Of a stretch of 64,000 nucleotides of DNA, positions 11,395 to 21,862 are shown one piece after another. Position 1 is the stretch's first letter; each line of letters begins with the position of its first letter. Origin of the DNA: an uncultured Bacilli bacterium (lineage in GTDB: Bacteria; Bacillota_I; Bacilli_A; RF39; UBA660); assembly GCA_934148535.1 (NCBI GenBank), contig CAKPDF010000001.1, positions 127,361-191,360 of the forward strand, given 5' to 3'. Position numbers and translations under genes: made by a program. A model generated the notes under the pieces. That model saw nothing but the letters and a program-made list of their open reading frames with translations, ran no database searches and had not been told where the DNA came from.

Positions 11395-11589
11395 TTAACC
11401 TTCTATTTCGCGTTCTTTAAGAATAGTTTTAAATCTTGCAACGTCTTTTCTTAATTCCTTAACTCTAGCAGGATTTTCAAGACTTCCTGTTGCTTGTTTG
11501 AATCTTAATTTTAATAACTCTTCTTTAGACTCTACGATCTTTTTATTAATTTCTTCAGTGGTTAACTTTCTTATTTCATTAGTCTTCAT
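11395..11589 (-). CDS. rpmC: 50S ribosomal protein L29
   Basis: [14 protein letters not shown] matches the L29 N-terminus. The true start is probably the ATG at 11587-11589 rather than the longest-ORF start at 11601. Confidence 0.9.
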   Translation of the reverse strand: MKTNEIRKLTTEEINKKIVESKEELLKLRFKQATGSLENPARVKELRKDVARFKTILKEREIEG

Positions 11590-12010
11590 TATTATCACCA
11601 CTACTTTCTTTTTTTACAAATTTACATTTGATTGGTAATTTGTGAGAAGCTAATCTTAATGCTTCTCTTGCTGTTGCTTCATCAACTTCAGCAACTTCAA
11701 ACATTATTTTTCCTTCTTTAACTACAGCTACCCATACTTCTGGTTCACCTTTACCTTTTCCTTGACGAGTTTCAAGTGGTTTTTTAGTTAAAGATAAGTT
11801 AGGGAAAATGTTAACCCATACTTTTCCACCACGTTTCATATATCTTGTCATAGCAACACGAGCTGCTTCGATTTGTTGAGATGTAATCCAAGCTCCTTCT
11901 TTAGCCATTAATCCATATGTACCAAAGTGAAGTTCTGTATTACCTTTACTCTTTCCTTCATATCTTAGACGGAAAGTTTTTCTATGCTTAGTTCTTTTTG
12001 GCATTAACAT
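11579..12010 (-). CDS. rplP: 50S ribosomal protein L16
   Basis: [11 protein letters not shown]... conserved L16. Confidence 0.95.
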   Translation of the reverse strand: MLMPKRTKHRKTFRLRYEGKSKGNTELHFGTYGLMAKEGAWITSQQIEAARVAMTRYMKRGGKVWVNIFPNLSLTKKPLETRQGKGKGEPEVWVAVVKEGKIMFEVAEVDEATAREALRLASHKLPIKCKFVKKESSGDNNED

Positions 12011-12656
12011 GAGAATTACCTCCCTTACTTTCTAAGATTTCTCCTTTGTATATCCATACTTTTACACCGATTTTTCCATATGTTGTATCAGCTTCTGCTG
12101 TAGCATAATCAATATCAGCTCTTAAAGTATGAAGTGGGGTTGTTCCTTCTGAATAACCTTCACTACGAGCAATATCTGCTCCTCCTAAACGTCCAGATAC
12201 TAAAGTTTTGATTCCTTTAGCTCCTGCTTTCATTGTGTTTCTGATTGCTTTCTTTTGTGCAACTCTAAATGATACACGATTTTCTATGTTATGGGCAATG
12301 TTATCAGCTACTAATTGTGCATTTAAATCTGCATTCTTTTCTTCTATTACAGAAATTTGAACATCTTCGTTAACCATTTTTGAAATTTTTTTCTTAACGT
12401 TTTCGATTTCAGTACCATTTTGTCCGATAACTAAACCTGGTTTTGAAACATGCATAATTACTTCACATCTCTTTGGATTTCTTTCAATAACAATCTTAGA
12501 GATACCAGCAGTTTTGAATGTTTTTTCTAAGTATTTACGAATTTGGATATCGTTATTTAGATTTTTAGCGAAATCTTTGTTATTTGCATACCATTTTGAT
12601 TCCCAATCTTTGTTGATACCAATTCTAAGTCCTATTGGACTAACTTTTTGTCCCAT
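11988..12656 (-). CDS. rpsC: 30S ribosomal protein S3
   Basis: KH domain, conserved S3. Confidence 0.95.
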   Translation of the reverse strand: MGQKVSPIGLRIGINKDWESKWYANNKDFAKNLNNDIQIRKYLEKTFKTAGISKIVIERNPKRCEVIMHVSKPGLVIGQNGTEIENVKKKISKMVNEDVQISVIEEKNADLNAQLVADNIAHNIENRVSFRVAQKKAIRNTMKAGAKGIKTLVSGRLGGADIARSEGYSEGTTPLHTLRADIDYATAEADTTYGKIGVKVWIYKGEILESKGGNSHVNAKKN

Positions 12657-12670
12657 TAACGCATCCTCCT

Positions 12671-13027
12671 TTACTTATTTTTTTCACTTACAATTATTGT
12701 AATGTGACTTGTTTTATGATCATTTCTTCCAACGTGTCCACGTGAGTCCATTTTAGCTCTTTTCATTACTAATCCTTCATCTACGTAACAAGTTTTTACA
12801 TATAAGTTTTCTTCATTTAAATTAAAATTATTTACAGCATTAGCAGTTGCAGAGTTTAATACTTTTTCGATTACTCTTGCTGCTCTTTGTGGTTGGTTTG
12901 CTAAGATTGCTCTAGCTTCGCTTACACTTTTTCCTCTGATTAAATCGATTATTAATCTTGTTTTACGAGGAGCAATTCTTACTGTTAATGCTTTCGCTTT
13001 AGCTTCTGTTCTTTCCATTGCTTTCAC
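12671..13027 (-). CDS. rplV: 50S ribosomal protein L22
   Basis: Conserved L22. Confidence 0.95.
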   Translation of the reverse strand: MKAMERTEAKAKALTVRIAPRKTRLIIDLIRGKSVSEARAILANQPQRAARVIEKVLNSATANAVNNFNLNEENLYVKTCYVDEGLVMKRAKMDSRGHVGRNDHKTSHITIIVSEKNK

Positions 13028-13042
13028 GCCTTTCTATAAGTT

Positions 13043-13312
13043 TTACTTTTTCTTATCGTCGCCGTGTCCACCAAATTTACGAGTCATAGAGAACTCACCT
13101 AATTTATGTCCTACCATATCCTCAGTTACATAAACTGGAATAAATTCTTTACCATTATGTACTGCAAAAGTGTGTCCAATAAAATCAGGATAAATTGTTG
13201 AACGACGAGACCATGTTTTAATAACTTCTTTTTTTCCAGATTCATTCATTTTTTGAACCTTAGCTAGTAATCTTTCGAATACGTAAGGTCCTTTCTTTAA
13301 ACTTCTTGCCAT
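13043..13312 (-). CDS. rpsS: 30S ribosomal protein S19
   Basis: Conserved S19. Confidence 0.95.
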   Translation of the reverse strand: MARSLKKGPYVFERLLAKVQKMNESGKKEVIKTWSRRSTIYPDFIGHTFAVHNGKEFIPVYVTEDMVGHKLGEFSMTRKFGGHGDDKKK

Positions 13313-13329
13313 CTTATTTCATCCTTTCT

Positions 13330-14163
13330 TTATTTCTTTTTACGACGAGTCACGATATATTTATCTGATTCTTTTTTATTTTTTCTTGTCTTATATCCTA
13401 ATGCTGGTTTACCCCAAGGTGTCATTGGTCCACTTCTACCTACTGGAGCTCTACCTTCACCACCACCATGTGGGTGATCATTAGGGTTCATAACAGAACC
13501 ACGAACTGTAGGTCTTATTCCTTTGTATCTTGTACGACCAGCTTTACCTACTTTTACTAATTCGTAATCTTCATTTCCTACTACACCAATTGTAGCACGG
13601 CAAGTACCTAATATTTTTCTTGTCTCACCACTTGCTAATCTAATTAGAACATATTTACCTTCACGTCCTAGGATTTGAGCACTATTTCCAGCACTTCTTG
13701 CAAGTTGTCCTCCTTTACCAGGTCTTAATTCAATATTGTGAATTACAGTACCTACTGGGATGTTCATTATTTCCATAGTATTTCCTACTTTAACATCTAC
13801 TTTTGTACCTGATTCAACAATTGCTCCAACTTCTAATCCTTTAGGAGCAAGAATATAAGATTTTACACCGTCTTTGTAAGTAATTAAAGCAATATTTGCT
13901 GATCTGTTTGGATCATATTCAATACTTGTTACTTTTGCAGTGATACCATCTTTAATTCTTTTGAAATCAATCAAACGGTATTTTCTTTTTACACCGCCAC
14001 CACGATGTCTGACAGTTATTTTTCCTTGATTGTTACGACCATTAGTTTTAGATTTAGTTACTACTAAACTTTTTTCAGGAGTTGTTTTTGTAATCTCTTC
14101 ATTATTTAAATAACTTTTTTGTCTTTGTCCTGGTGTATTTGGTTTTAATACTCTTGTTGACAT
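13330..14163 (-). CDS. rplB: 50S ribosomal protein L2
   Basis: Conserved L2 (GGGEGR, HPHGGG-like region). Confidence 0.95.
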   Translation of the reverse strand: MSTRVLKPNTPGQRQKSYLNNEEITKTTPEKSLVVTKSKTNGRNNQGKITVRHRGGGVKRKYRLIDFKRIKDGITAKVTSIEYDPNRSANIALITYKDGVKSYILAPKGLEVGAIVESGTKVDVKVGNTMEIMNIPVGTVIHNIELRPGKGGQLARSAGNSAQILGREGKYVLIRLASGETRKILGTCRATIGVVGNEDYELVKVGKAGRTRYKGIRPTVRGSVMNPNDHPHGGGEGRAPVGRSGPMTPWGKPALGYKTRKNKKESDKYIVTRRKKK

Positions 14164-14181
14164 TTTTATTTCCTCCTTTTA

Positions 14182-14457
14182 TTAGTCGAAACTAATAGTG
14201 TTTCCTTCTGCTAATTTTACAATAGCTTTTTTATATAATTTTGTTTTACCTGTATATTTTCCAACTCTTTTATTTTTTGGATGAATATTTGAGGTAGTAA
14301 CATTTTCAACTTTAACATTGAATATTTGTTCAATTGCTTGTCTTATTTGAGTTTTATTTGCTCTAACATCAACTTTGAACGCATATTTTCTTTCTGCTTC
14401 CATAGCAGCTGATTTTTCTGTTATTATAGGTGCAAAAATAATATCGTAATTATTCAT
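14182..14457 (-). CDS. rplW: 50S ribosomal protein L23
   Basis: Conserved L23. Confidence 0.93.
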   Translation of the reverse strand: MNNYDIIFAPIITEKSAAMEAERKYAFKVDVRANKTQIRQAIEQIFNVKVENVTTSNIHPKNKRVGKYTGKTKLYKKAIVKLAEGNTISFD

Positions 14458-15085
14458 TTGTTAGCACCTCCTCTAATTTATTTAATGCAGACTCTGTTAT
14501 TAATAAGTTGTCAGCACTTACTAAATCTAAACTGTTTAATTCGTTAAATAAAACTATTTTTACATTTGCTAAGTTTCTTGAAGCTAAGCAAACATTTTCA
14601 TCTAATTCATCTAATACAACTAATACTTTATGATTTGTTAAGTTTAACTTGTTTAATAAAGTAGTCATTTCTTTTGTTTTGTTTGTTTCGAATTTGATTG
14701 CATCTACTACTACTAACTCTTTATCTGTTAATTTGTAAGATAGAGCTGATAATAATGCTAATCTCTTTTCTTTCTTATTTATTTTCTTTTTGTAGTTCTT
14801 ATTTGGGTTTGGTCCAAATACGATTCCACCGCCACGCCATTGAGTAGCTCTGATACTTCCTTGACGAGCATTTCCTGTTCCTTTTTGTCTCCAAGGCTTT
14901 CTTCCGCCTCCAGAAACTTCACTTCTAGTTTTTGTAGAAGCATTTGACATTCTTGCATTTGATCTTATTGCAATTATGTCGTTATGTAATACAGCATCAT
15001 TTGGTTCTATAGTCCAAACGTTATCTTTTAATTTAATATCCTTAACCTTTTCACCACTTTGGCTTAAAATATCTATCTTAGACAT
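14450..15085 (-). CDS. rplD: 50S ribosomal protein L4
   Basis: Conserved L4. Confidence 0.95.
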   Translation of the reverse strand: MSKIDILSQSGEKVKDIKLKDNVWTIEPNDAVLHNDIIAIRSNARMSNASTKTRSEVSGGGRKPWRQKGTGNARQGSIRATQWRGGGIVFGPNPNKNYKKKINKKEKRLALLSALSYKLTDKELVVVDAIKFETNKTKEMTTLLNKLNLTNHKVLVVLDELDENVCLASRNLANVKIVLFNELNSLDLVSADNLLITESALNKLEEVLTNE

Positions 15086-15142
15086 TATTTTTCCTCCTTT
15101 GTCATCACAACTAAATATTATGTATTGTAATTATATAATCTT

Positions 15143-15874
15143 TTATTCTTCTGTTTGTGATGCAGTGTCTTCTTTAGTTTCTGTTACTTCTGCTTGAGTT
15201 TCTTCTTCATTGATATAAGTAATTAATTCAACTTTTTCATTTACTTTATCCATGTTTTTGATAGCAGATTTAACAAATACTAAAGATTTTTTAGGTCCTG
15301 GAACATTTCCTTTAATTAAGATAACATTTTTGTCTAAATCAATTTGTATTACTTCTAGATTTTGAACTGTTACTTGTTCTCCACCCATATGTCCAGGCAT
15401 TTTCTTTCCTGGTAAAACTCTCATTGGTAACATTGTACCAAGTGATCCTACACCACGATGATATTGGCTACCGTGTCCCATTGGTCCACGTGATTGATTC
15501 CAACGTTTAATAACACCTTGAAATCCTTTTCCTTTAGAAGTACCGGTTACGTCAACCATTTCTCCTTCAGTAAAGATGTCTGCTTTGATCTCTTGACCTA
15601 AGCTATAATTACTAACATCGACACCTCTAAGTTCTCTTAAGAAGCGCTTAGGTGTTGTGTTAGCTTTCTTTAGATGACCTGTTTCAGGTTTATTGCTTCT
15701 AGTTTCTTTCTTTTCTACTGCAGATAATTGAATTGCATCATAACCATCATTAGCAACTGTTTTAATTTGGCTGATAACGTTTGGTTCTACTTCAATTACT
15801 GTTACTGGAACTAGTTTTCCATTTTTAGCAAAAACTTGAGTCATCCCAATCTTACGACCTAAGATTCCTTTCAT
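15143..15874 (-). CDS. rplC: 50S ribosomal protein L3 (with acidic C-terminal extension)
   Basis: Conserved L3 core; ~30-aa E/T-rich tail. Confidence 0.95.
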   Translation of the reverse strand: MKGILGRKIGMTQVFAKNGKLVPVTVIEVEPNVISQIKTVANDGYDAIQLSAVEKKETRSNKPETGHLKKANTTPKRFLRELRGVDVSNYSLGQEIKADIFTEGEMVDVTGTSKGKGFQGVIKRWNQSRGPMGHGSQYHRGVGSLGTMLPMRVLPGKKMPGHMGGEQVTVQNLEVIQIDLDKNVILIKGNVPGPKKSLVFVKSAIKNMDKVNEKVELITYINEEETQAEVTETKEDTASQTEE

Positions 15875-15886
15875 TTTTTCTTCCTC

Positions 15887-16195
15887 CTAATATTTGATTT
15901 GTATATCAACACCGCTAGGTAAATCTAGATGTGATAATGCATCTATTGTTTCTTTACTTGGGTTATTGATGTCAATTAATCTTTTGTGTGTACGACTCTC
16001 GAATTGTTCTCTTGAATCTTTATACTTGTGAACAGCTCTTAGAATTGTATACTTTTGAACTTCAGTTGGTAATGGTACTGGACCACTTACTTCACCACCA
16101 GTTCTTTTTACTGTTGCTACTATTTTTGCAGCAGCTTCATCAAGAATTGTGTGTTCATATGCCTTTAGTTTGATTCTAACCTTTGTATTTGACAT
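15887..16195 (-). CDS. rpsJ: 30S ribosomal protein S10
   Basis: Conserved S10; first gene of the cluster. Confidence 0.95.
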   Translation of the reverse strand: MSNTKVRIKLKAYEHTILDEAAAKIVATVKRTGGEVSGPVPLPTEVQKYTILRAVHKYKDSREQFESRTHKRLIDINNPSKETIDALSHLDLPSGVDIQIKY

Positions 16196-16329
16196 ATTTC
16201 TTCCTCCCTTCGCCTATATCTAGTATAGACATAGCTCCGAACAAATTACCTGATAACCCTTTTAAATATTTTACAACTTAACCGGGTGTATCAGCAACTT
16301 TGCACATCTTCGCCATCTACACGATTGTT

Positions 16330-16358
16330 ATTGTACTATATATTTAAAGGTTTTGCAA
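16330..16358 (-). promoter_or_regulatory. Candidate sigma-A promoter of the S10 operon (TTGCAA-17-TACAAT on minus strand), giving a ~125-nt leader
   Basis: -35 at 16353-16358, 17-nt spacer, -10 revcomp of attgta at 16330-16335. Confidence 0.4.
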
Positions 16359-16506
16359 GTGTTTTTTTGTAAGTTTTTGTATTTTTTTTGTTTTTGATTA
16401 ATCAGCGCATAGTTAATAGATAGAAGCGCTGTTATTAATATATAGAATAATATAATAATTATCTTTGTTTTCCCTATCTTCTTTCCTATATATTAATAAT
16501 AAAAGA

Positions 16507-16538
16507 CTAGAGTTTGCTCTCTAGTCTATTTTTTTAGC
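16507..16538 (-). terminator. Hairpin (agactagag/ctctagtct) with flanking T/A runs; likely the alaS terminator
   Basis: 9-bp perfect stem, 6-nt loop, T-rich flank; lies 60 bp downstream of the alaS stop. Confidence 0.5.
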
Positions 16539-16597
16539 TGCCAATTTACAAGGCTGGCTTCACCTGCTTTTTTATTATATTATAAGTTTTTGAAGAT

Positions 16598-19288
16598 TTA
16601 CATATTTTTAATTTGTTCTTTTACTTCTGCTAGGTATTCTGCTATATCTGTAGCATTATTACCTCCACCTTGAGCAAACTTAGGACTTCCTCCTCCGTTG
16701 CCGTTACATTTTAAAGATATTTCTTTTACTATTGTTCCAGTGTTTACTTTTGAAGAAGATTTTGCTATTAGGTTTACGCTAGTACCGTTTATATTTGCTA
16801 ATAGTATAAATGCATTATCTAATTTATTATCTATTGCATCTGCTATTTGTTTTAATATTGTTGTTTCATAATTTTCACAGATTGCTACTACTACATTAAT
16901 TCCGTTTATTTCTTCTTTGGAATCTAAGAATACACTTAAATCACTTACTGATTTTTTTGTTTTTTCTTCTATGTATTTACGTTCTAATTCTTTAATAGCA
17001 TCTTTTAAGTATAATATTTTTTCTTTATATGATACTACGTCTTTATAACTTGTTAATTCGTTTGTGCTCATATCAAAATTAAATGGTATATCTAGTCCTA
17101 ATGTTTTTATATCAGTTAATATTTTTTTGATTTTTTCTAGTAATCTAGTTATTTCTTCATAATATGGCTTTACTGTTTCTTTTAGAGCATCATTAATTTT
17201 ATTGTTTGTTGCTCCTACTAATCTGAAGGTATCAGCTCCTTTATTTTCTAGAGATACTATTGCAAACTTACCAATATCTTTAGTATTTTTTACATGGGTT
17301 CCTCCACATAATTCTACTGAGTCTCCAATTGTTACTACTCTTACAATATTTCCATATTTATTTTCAAATAATGCCATAGCACCTTTTTTCTTAGCTTCTT
17401 CTAATGGTAGATATTCTATTTTTGTATCAATATTTTGATTTATTTTTTCATTTACTTTATCTTCTATTTTCTCAATTAATTCATCGCTTAATCTTCCGTG
17501 ATAGATAAAATCAAATCTGAAGGTATTTTCATCTACCCTAGAACCTGCTTGGTGAACGTTATCTCCTAAAACATCTTGTAATGTTTTTTGTAGTATATGG
17601 GTAGCACTATGATTTCTTGCTGTAGCCATTCTTTCTTCTTGTAATACATGAGTTAGTATTTCTTCACCTTTTGTTAAGGTACCTTCTAATACTTTTACGT
17701 GTAATAGATGTTGTTTGTTTGGTGCTTTTATTACGTCTAGTACTTCTAATTTACAATTATCATTTTTTAGGTATCCTTTGTCTGCTACTTGTCCTCCACT
17801 TTCGGCATAGAATGGATTATCTTTTATGAATATATATCCTTCATCAGTGATACTATCTACAAATTCATTATTTTTTATTATATCTAATACTTCTGTTTTA
17901 GATCCTAGAGTATCATAACCTATAAAGTTGCTTTCTTTAGTATAATTTATTAACAATTCATTTTGAAGATTCATACTACTTTCTACTTTACGATTTTGTC
18001 TTGCCATTTCTTTTTGGGCATCCATATATTTTTGGAATTCTTCTATATTTACTGTGAATCCTTTTTCTTCTGCTGCTTCTTCCGTTAATTCTATTGGGAA
18101 ACCATATGTATCATATAATTTAAATGCGTCAAGACCTGATATTTGTTTATTTGTTTGAGAGGAGAATATTTCTTCTAATCTTTTTTCTCCTGATTTTAAT
18201 GTTTTTTTGAATAAGTCTTCTTCTTTTGATATTTGTTCTTTTACTTCTTCCTTGGTTTTTAATAAATATGGATATATAGCACTATATTTATCTACTACTA
18301 CATCTACTAAATCTCCTAAGAATGATTTTTCTATATTTAATTTTCTTCCCATTCTTACAGATCTTCTTAATAATCTTCTTAGTACATATCCTCTTCCATA
18401 ATTTTCAAATGTTGCTCCATCAGATAAGGCAAATACTAATGTTCTTATATGATCTACAATTACTTTGAATTCTTTTCTTTTATTATAAGGTAGTCCACTT
18501 ATTTCTTCTAGGGCGTGTATCATTGGTAAAAACAAATCTGTTTCATAGTTAGTTTCTGCATCTTGGAAGATACAAGCCATTCTTTCTACTCCCATTCCTG
18601 TATCTATATTCTTACTTGGTAATTCTTCATATTCTTCTCTTGGTACACCTTTTTTGGCATTGTATTGACTAAATACGTTATTCCATATTTCTATGTATCT
18701 ATCATTTTCTATATCATCTTGTAATAATTTTATTCCTAATTTATCTTTGTCGTACTTTTCTCCTCTATCATAGAATATTTCACTGTCAGGGCCACTTGGA
18801 CCTTCTCCTATTTCCCAATAATTGCCTTCTAATTTTACTATATGGGATGGATCTATCCCTAAAGTTACCCATAAATTATATGCTTCTAAGTCTGTTGGAT
18901 ATACCGTTACATATAATTTATTTACATCAATATCAAAGTATTCTTTGCTTGTTAATAATTCGAATGCCCAAGTTAGAGCTTCTTTTTTGAAATAATCTCC
19001 AATAGAGAAGTTACCTAACATTTGAAAGAATGTATGGTGTCTAGCAGTTACTCCAACATTTTCTATATCATTAGTTCTGATACATTTTTGACAACTTGTT
19101 AGTCTTCTACAAGGAGGAACTACACTTCCATCAAAATATTTTTTTAGTGGTGTTACTCCAGCGTTTACCCATAAAATACTAGGATCATTATGTGGTATTA
19201 GTGATGAGCTTTCTACTTCTAAATGGCCTTTACTTACAAAGAAATCTATATATGTTCTTATTATTTGTTCACTTGTTAATTTTTTCAT
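16598..19288 (-). CDS. alaS: alanine--tRNA ligase
   Basis: 896 aa. N-terminal class II core, editing domain with HSATH...CGGTH zinc motif, C-terminal DHHA1-like region. Confidence 0.95.
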   Translation of the reverse strand: MKKLTSEQIIRTYIDFFVSKGHLEVESSSLIPHNDPSILWVNAGVTPLKKYFDGSVVPPCRRLTSCQKCIRTNDIENVGVTARHHTFFQMLGNFSIGDYFKKEALTWAFELLTSKEYFDIDVNKLYVTVYPTDLEAYNLWVTLGIDPSHIVKLEGNYWEIGEGPSGPDSEIFYDRGEKYDKDKLGIKLLQDDIENDRYIEIWNNVFSQYNAKKGVPREEYEELPSKNIDTGMGVERMACIFQDAETNYETDLFLPMIHALEEISGLPYNKRKEFKVIVDHIRTLVFALSDGATFENYGRGYVLRRLLRRSVRMGRKLNIEKSFLGDLVDVVVDKYSAIYPYLLKTKEEVKEQISKEEDLFKKTLKSGEKRLEEIFSSQTNKQISGLDAFKLYDTYGFPIELTEEAAEEKGFTVNIEEFQKYMDAQKEMARQNRKVESSMNLQNELLINYTKESNFIGYDTLGSKTEVLDIIKNNEFVDSITDEGYIFIKDNPFYAESGGQVADKGYLKNDNCKLEVLDVIKAPNKQHLLHVKVLEGTLTKGEEILTHVLQEERMATARNHSATHILQKTLQDVLGDNVHQAGSRVDENTFRFDFIYHGRLSDELIEKIEDKVNEKINQNIDTKIEYLPLEEAKKKGAMALFENKYGNIVRVVTIGDSVELCGGTHVKNTKDIGKFAIVSLENKGADTFRLVGATNNKINDALKETVKPYYEEITRLLEKIKKILTDIKTLGLDIPFNFDMSTNELTSYKDVVSYKEKILYLKDAIKELERKYIEEKTKKSVSDLSVFLDSKEEINGINVVVAICENYETTILKQIADAIDNKLDNAFILLANINGTSVNLIAKSSSKVNTGTIVKEISLKCNGNGGGSPKFAQGGGNNATDIAEYLAEVKEQIKNM

Positions 19289-19292
19289 GTTA

Positions 19293-19844
19293 TTACTTCC
19301 TTTCTAAATCTAATAAGATATCATTTAATAATTTTTCATATTCTTCTAAACTTCTGTTGTTACAAATATAATAATCTGCATAGGCAATAGGTGGAGCTTT
19401 AGCGATATTGTTAATTTCTGCTAGGTCTCTTTCTTTTGCTTCGGTAGATGTTAATGGTCTTATAACTCTATTTTCTAATCTATTATATCTTATTTTTTTA
19501 TCTGTTACTATTGCAATTGTAGTAAATTTTTCTTTTAACTCATTTTCTAATATTTGATATTCATCCCAAGAGTATAATCCATCTAATACTACATTTGATT
19601 TTTTTGATAATTCTAATATCTTTGGTAATAATATTTTAGCGTACGCTGCCATACCATATTCTTTTCTTAATTTTTCTCTCATCATTTTTTCATTTTGGGG
19701 ATTTACTTCAAGATTTTCTTCTTTTAGTTTATCCATGGTAACTCCTCCAAAATATACTTTCTCGTAGCCTTTACTTACTAATATGTCAGTAGCAATACTT
19801 TTTCCACTACCACACATTCCTACTATAGCAATTATTTTATTCAT
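19293..19844 (-). CDS. P-loop NTPase, putative nucleotide/nucleoside kinase
   Basis: Walker A GMCGSGKS at the N-terminus; 183 aa; 4 nt upstream of alaS. Confidence 0.55.
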   Translation of the reverse strand: MNKIIAIVGMCGSGKSIATDILVSKGYEKVYFGGVTMDKLKEENLEVNPQNEKMMREKLRKEYGMAAYAKILLPKILELSKKSNVVLDGLYSWDEYQILENELKEKFTTIAIVTDKKIRYNRLENRVIRPLTSTEAKERDLAEINNIAKAPPIAYADYYICNNRSLEEYEKLLNDILLDLERK

Positions 19845-20415
19845 TACTTTCTCCTCTTTTCTGTAGGGATTTGAATATGTTTATGGTATCTTCTTTTAAT
19901 GATTCAATATCATCATTTTCTATAATATAATCAAAGTTATTATAATTATCTAATGAGGTTTCTGTTACATCTTGTAATTGTTCTTTAGTTAAACCGCTTA
20001 TATAATTACTTCTTTTTACTTGGATTGATACTACATTGGTAAAAACATTTTTAATTGTATCTATTTCTTTAGGAAATCTAACATCATTAATAATTATTAC
20101 ATCTTTAAAATATGAATATATTTTTATATCCTCTATCTGTCTATTAATAAATATATTTTCTAGTCCTAATTTTCCTTTTATTAATTCAGAGCTTAATTTT
20201 TGTAATAAATCTCGTGGTTTATTATTTTCATCTTCTATATTCCAATCTGTAATATTATGAATATATTCTTTTAAATATTTTGTATACGGCGAGATTATTA
20301 CTTCTTTTTTTTCTTTAATAAACTCACTTTCTAATATTTTAGATACTGTATTTTTACCACTTCTTGCTTTACCTGCAATTAAGATAATTATAGGATTTCT
20401 ATTTTTAAATACCAT
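19837..20415 (-). CDS. deoxynucleoside monophosphate kinase-like P-loop protein
   Basis: N-terminal IAGKARSGKNT resembles the GxxRSGKDT motif of T4-type dNMP kinases; overlaps the next gene by 8 nt. Confidence 0.5.
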   Translation of the reverse strand: MVFKNRNPIIILIAGKARSGKNTVSKILESEFIKEKKEVIISPYTKYLKEYIHNITDWNIEDENNKPRDLLQKLSSELIKGKLGLENIFINRQIEDIKIYSYFKDVIIINDVRFPKEIDTIKNVFTNVVSIQVKRSNYISGLTKEQLQDVTETSLDNYNNFDYIIENDDIESLKEDTINIFKSLQKRGESNE

Positions 20416-20465
20416 TATATTCCTCCTTAAATCTACTATAGATTATATCAAATATAAGAAAAAAA

Positions 20466-20496
20466 AGAAATAGATTTTTAATATTTTTCTATTTCT
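20466..20496 (-). terminator. Rho-independent terminator (agaaatag/ctatttct stem) after the GerM-like gene
   Basis: 8-9 bp stem with 15-nt AT loop; T-run on the minus strand (plus A-run 20453-20465). Confidence 0.5.
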
Positions 20497-20560
20497 TTGC
20501 AGTTATTTATTCATTGATTATAAATAATATTTTTCTATTTATAACGCTTTACATAATATA

Positions 20561-21517
20561 TTATTCTACATAATTGTTAATTTCTTTATTTTCTACTAAA
20601 AAATCAACCTCTTTTACATCACTATATAAATCTTGAACAGACAAACTTATAGTATAAATTACTTCCTCTAAAATATTATTACTAGCAATATCATCTAAAA
20701 TAGAATTATTAAAATTAAGTTTTAATATACCATCTTCCAATTTATAATCTAATAATTCTGTACCACCATTCAGATAACTCATAAGATTAGTTTCATATAT
20801 AGGCGCTGCAGCTAACTCATCTACTATTATCTTAATCTTATCATTATCTTCCTTATTATTAATGTATCTAGTAACAGGAACATAATATTTATTATCATTA
20901 TAACTACTAACATAATAGACAGTATAAGAATCTATATTCTTTAAACTAGTAATCTCAAATTTTTTATTAATACCATAACTCTTATCTAAAACAGTCGGTA
21001 ATATCTTACCACTATGAGGTAATTTATTTAAATCATTCCCCTCTACCTGAATCTTAACCTTATCAATTCCATCAACACTAGTTAAAGTATATATTAATGA
21101 CTCAATCATTTTTTCTTCATAATCATTTTTTATATCCATTAGTTCAGAAGAAAAATTAATAAATAAAATGTTATCTTCTAATTTAATATCTAAAATAGAA
21201 GTACCAGCAGGAATAATAGGTTTAAACCCATTAGGAATAATAGAACTTTTGCCACCATCTAAAGTAAGCCCACTAATAAGTTCTCTAGCTACATTAATAG
21301 AATCACAATTACAAGTAGCAATACTAGTTCTAGCAACATAATCATTAGAATCAAGTAAATATATACTTTCTACTGTATTATCATAAACATATTCCACATT
21401 ACTATTATCTATCTTTAATTCTCTATCGGAATTATCTGGAATTAAATACAGAAGTAATAATGCAAATAACGCTAAAGAAGAAACCATAATTTTACGAATA
21501 GACATCCTTTTAAGCAT
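20561..21517 (-). CDS. membrane-anchored protein, possible GerM-like (GerMN domain) sporulation/germination protein
   Basis: N-terminal TM helix followed by two roughly repeated ~130-aa modules. Adjacent to gerE. Assignment by resemblance only. Confidence 0.35.
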   Translation of the reverse strand: MLKRMSIRKIMVSSLALFALLLLYLIPDNSDRELKIDNSNVEYVYDNTVESIYLLDSNDYVARTSIATCNCDSINVARELISGLTLDGGKSSIIPNGFKPIIPAGTSILDIKLEDNILFINFSSELMDIKNDYEEKMIESLIYTLTSVDGIDKVKIQVEGNDLNKLPHSGKILPTVLDKSYGINKKFEITSLKNIDSYTVYYVSSYNDNKYYVPVTRYINNKEDNDKIKIIVDELAAAPIYETNLMSYLNGGTELLDYKLEDGILKLNFNNSILDDIASNNILEEVIYTISLSVQDLYSDVKEVDFLVENKEINNYVE

Positions 21518-21581
21518 CTAAATCACCTAATAAATTGTATGAAAGAAATATATTAATATGAAAAAAAGTCACAATAGTGAC

Positions 21582-21788
21582 TTATAAAGTAATATTTCCC
21601 AACTTGATCAACTCTACAACAGCCTGAGCCCTACCTTTAACACCTAATTTCTGCATAGCATTTGAGATATGATTTCTTACAGTCTTCTCACTTATTCTCA
21701 AACTCTCTGCTATTTCTCTAGTAGACATATTTTTTACAAGTAGCGAAAATACTTCCTGTTCTCTTTTAGTTAAAATACTCTTTTTCAT
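21582..21788 (-). CDS. gerE: LuxR-type HTH spore transcription regulator GerE
   Basis: 68 aa. LTKREQEVFSLLV...ISEKTVRNHISNAMQKLGVKGRAQAVVEL is near-identical to the B. subtilis GerE core. Confidence 0.8.
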   Translation of the reverse strand: MKKSILTKREQEVFSLLVKNMSTREIAESLRISEKTVRNHISNAMQKLGVKGRAQAVVELIKLGNITL

Positions 21789-21862
21789 ACTTACCTACTT
21801 TACATATGGGGTGGATACTTTCATATTATTGTATGAAAAAAAGTATAATGTGTTCTAGTAGT

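Noticed and set aside
16380-16440. Hairpin cagcgc…gcgctg in the S10 operon upstream region
   Set aside because: 6-bp stem with a 19-nt loop and no convincing U-run on either strand. It could be part of an S10 leader structure, but this is not supportable from sequence alone.
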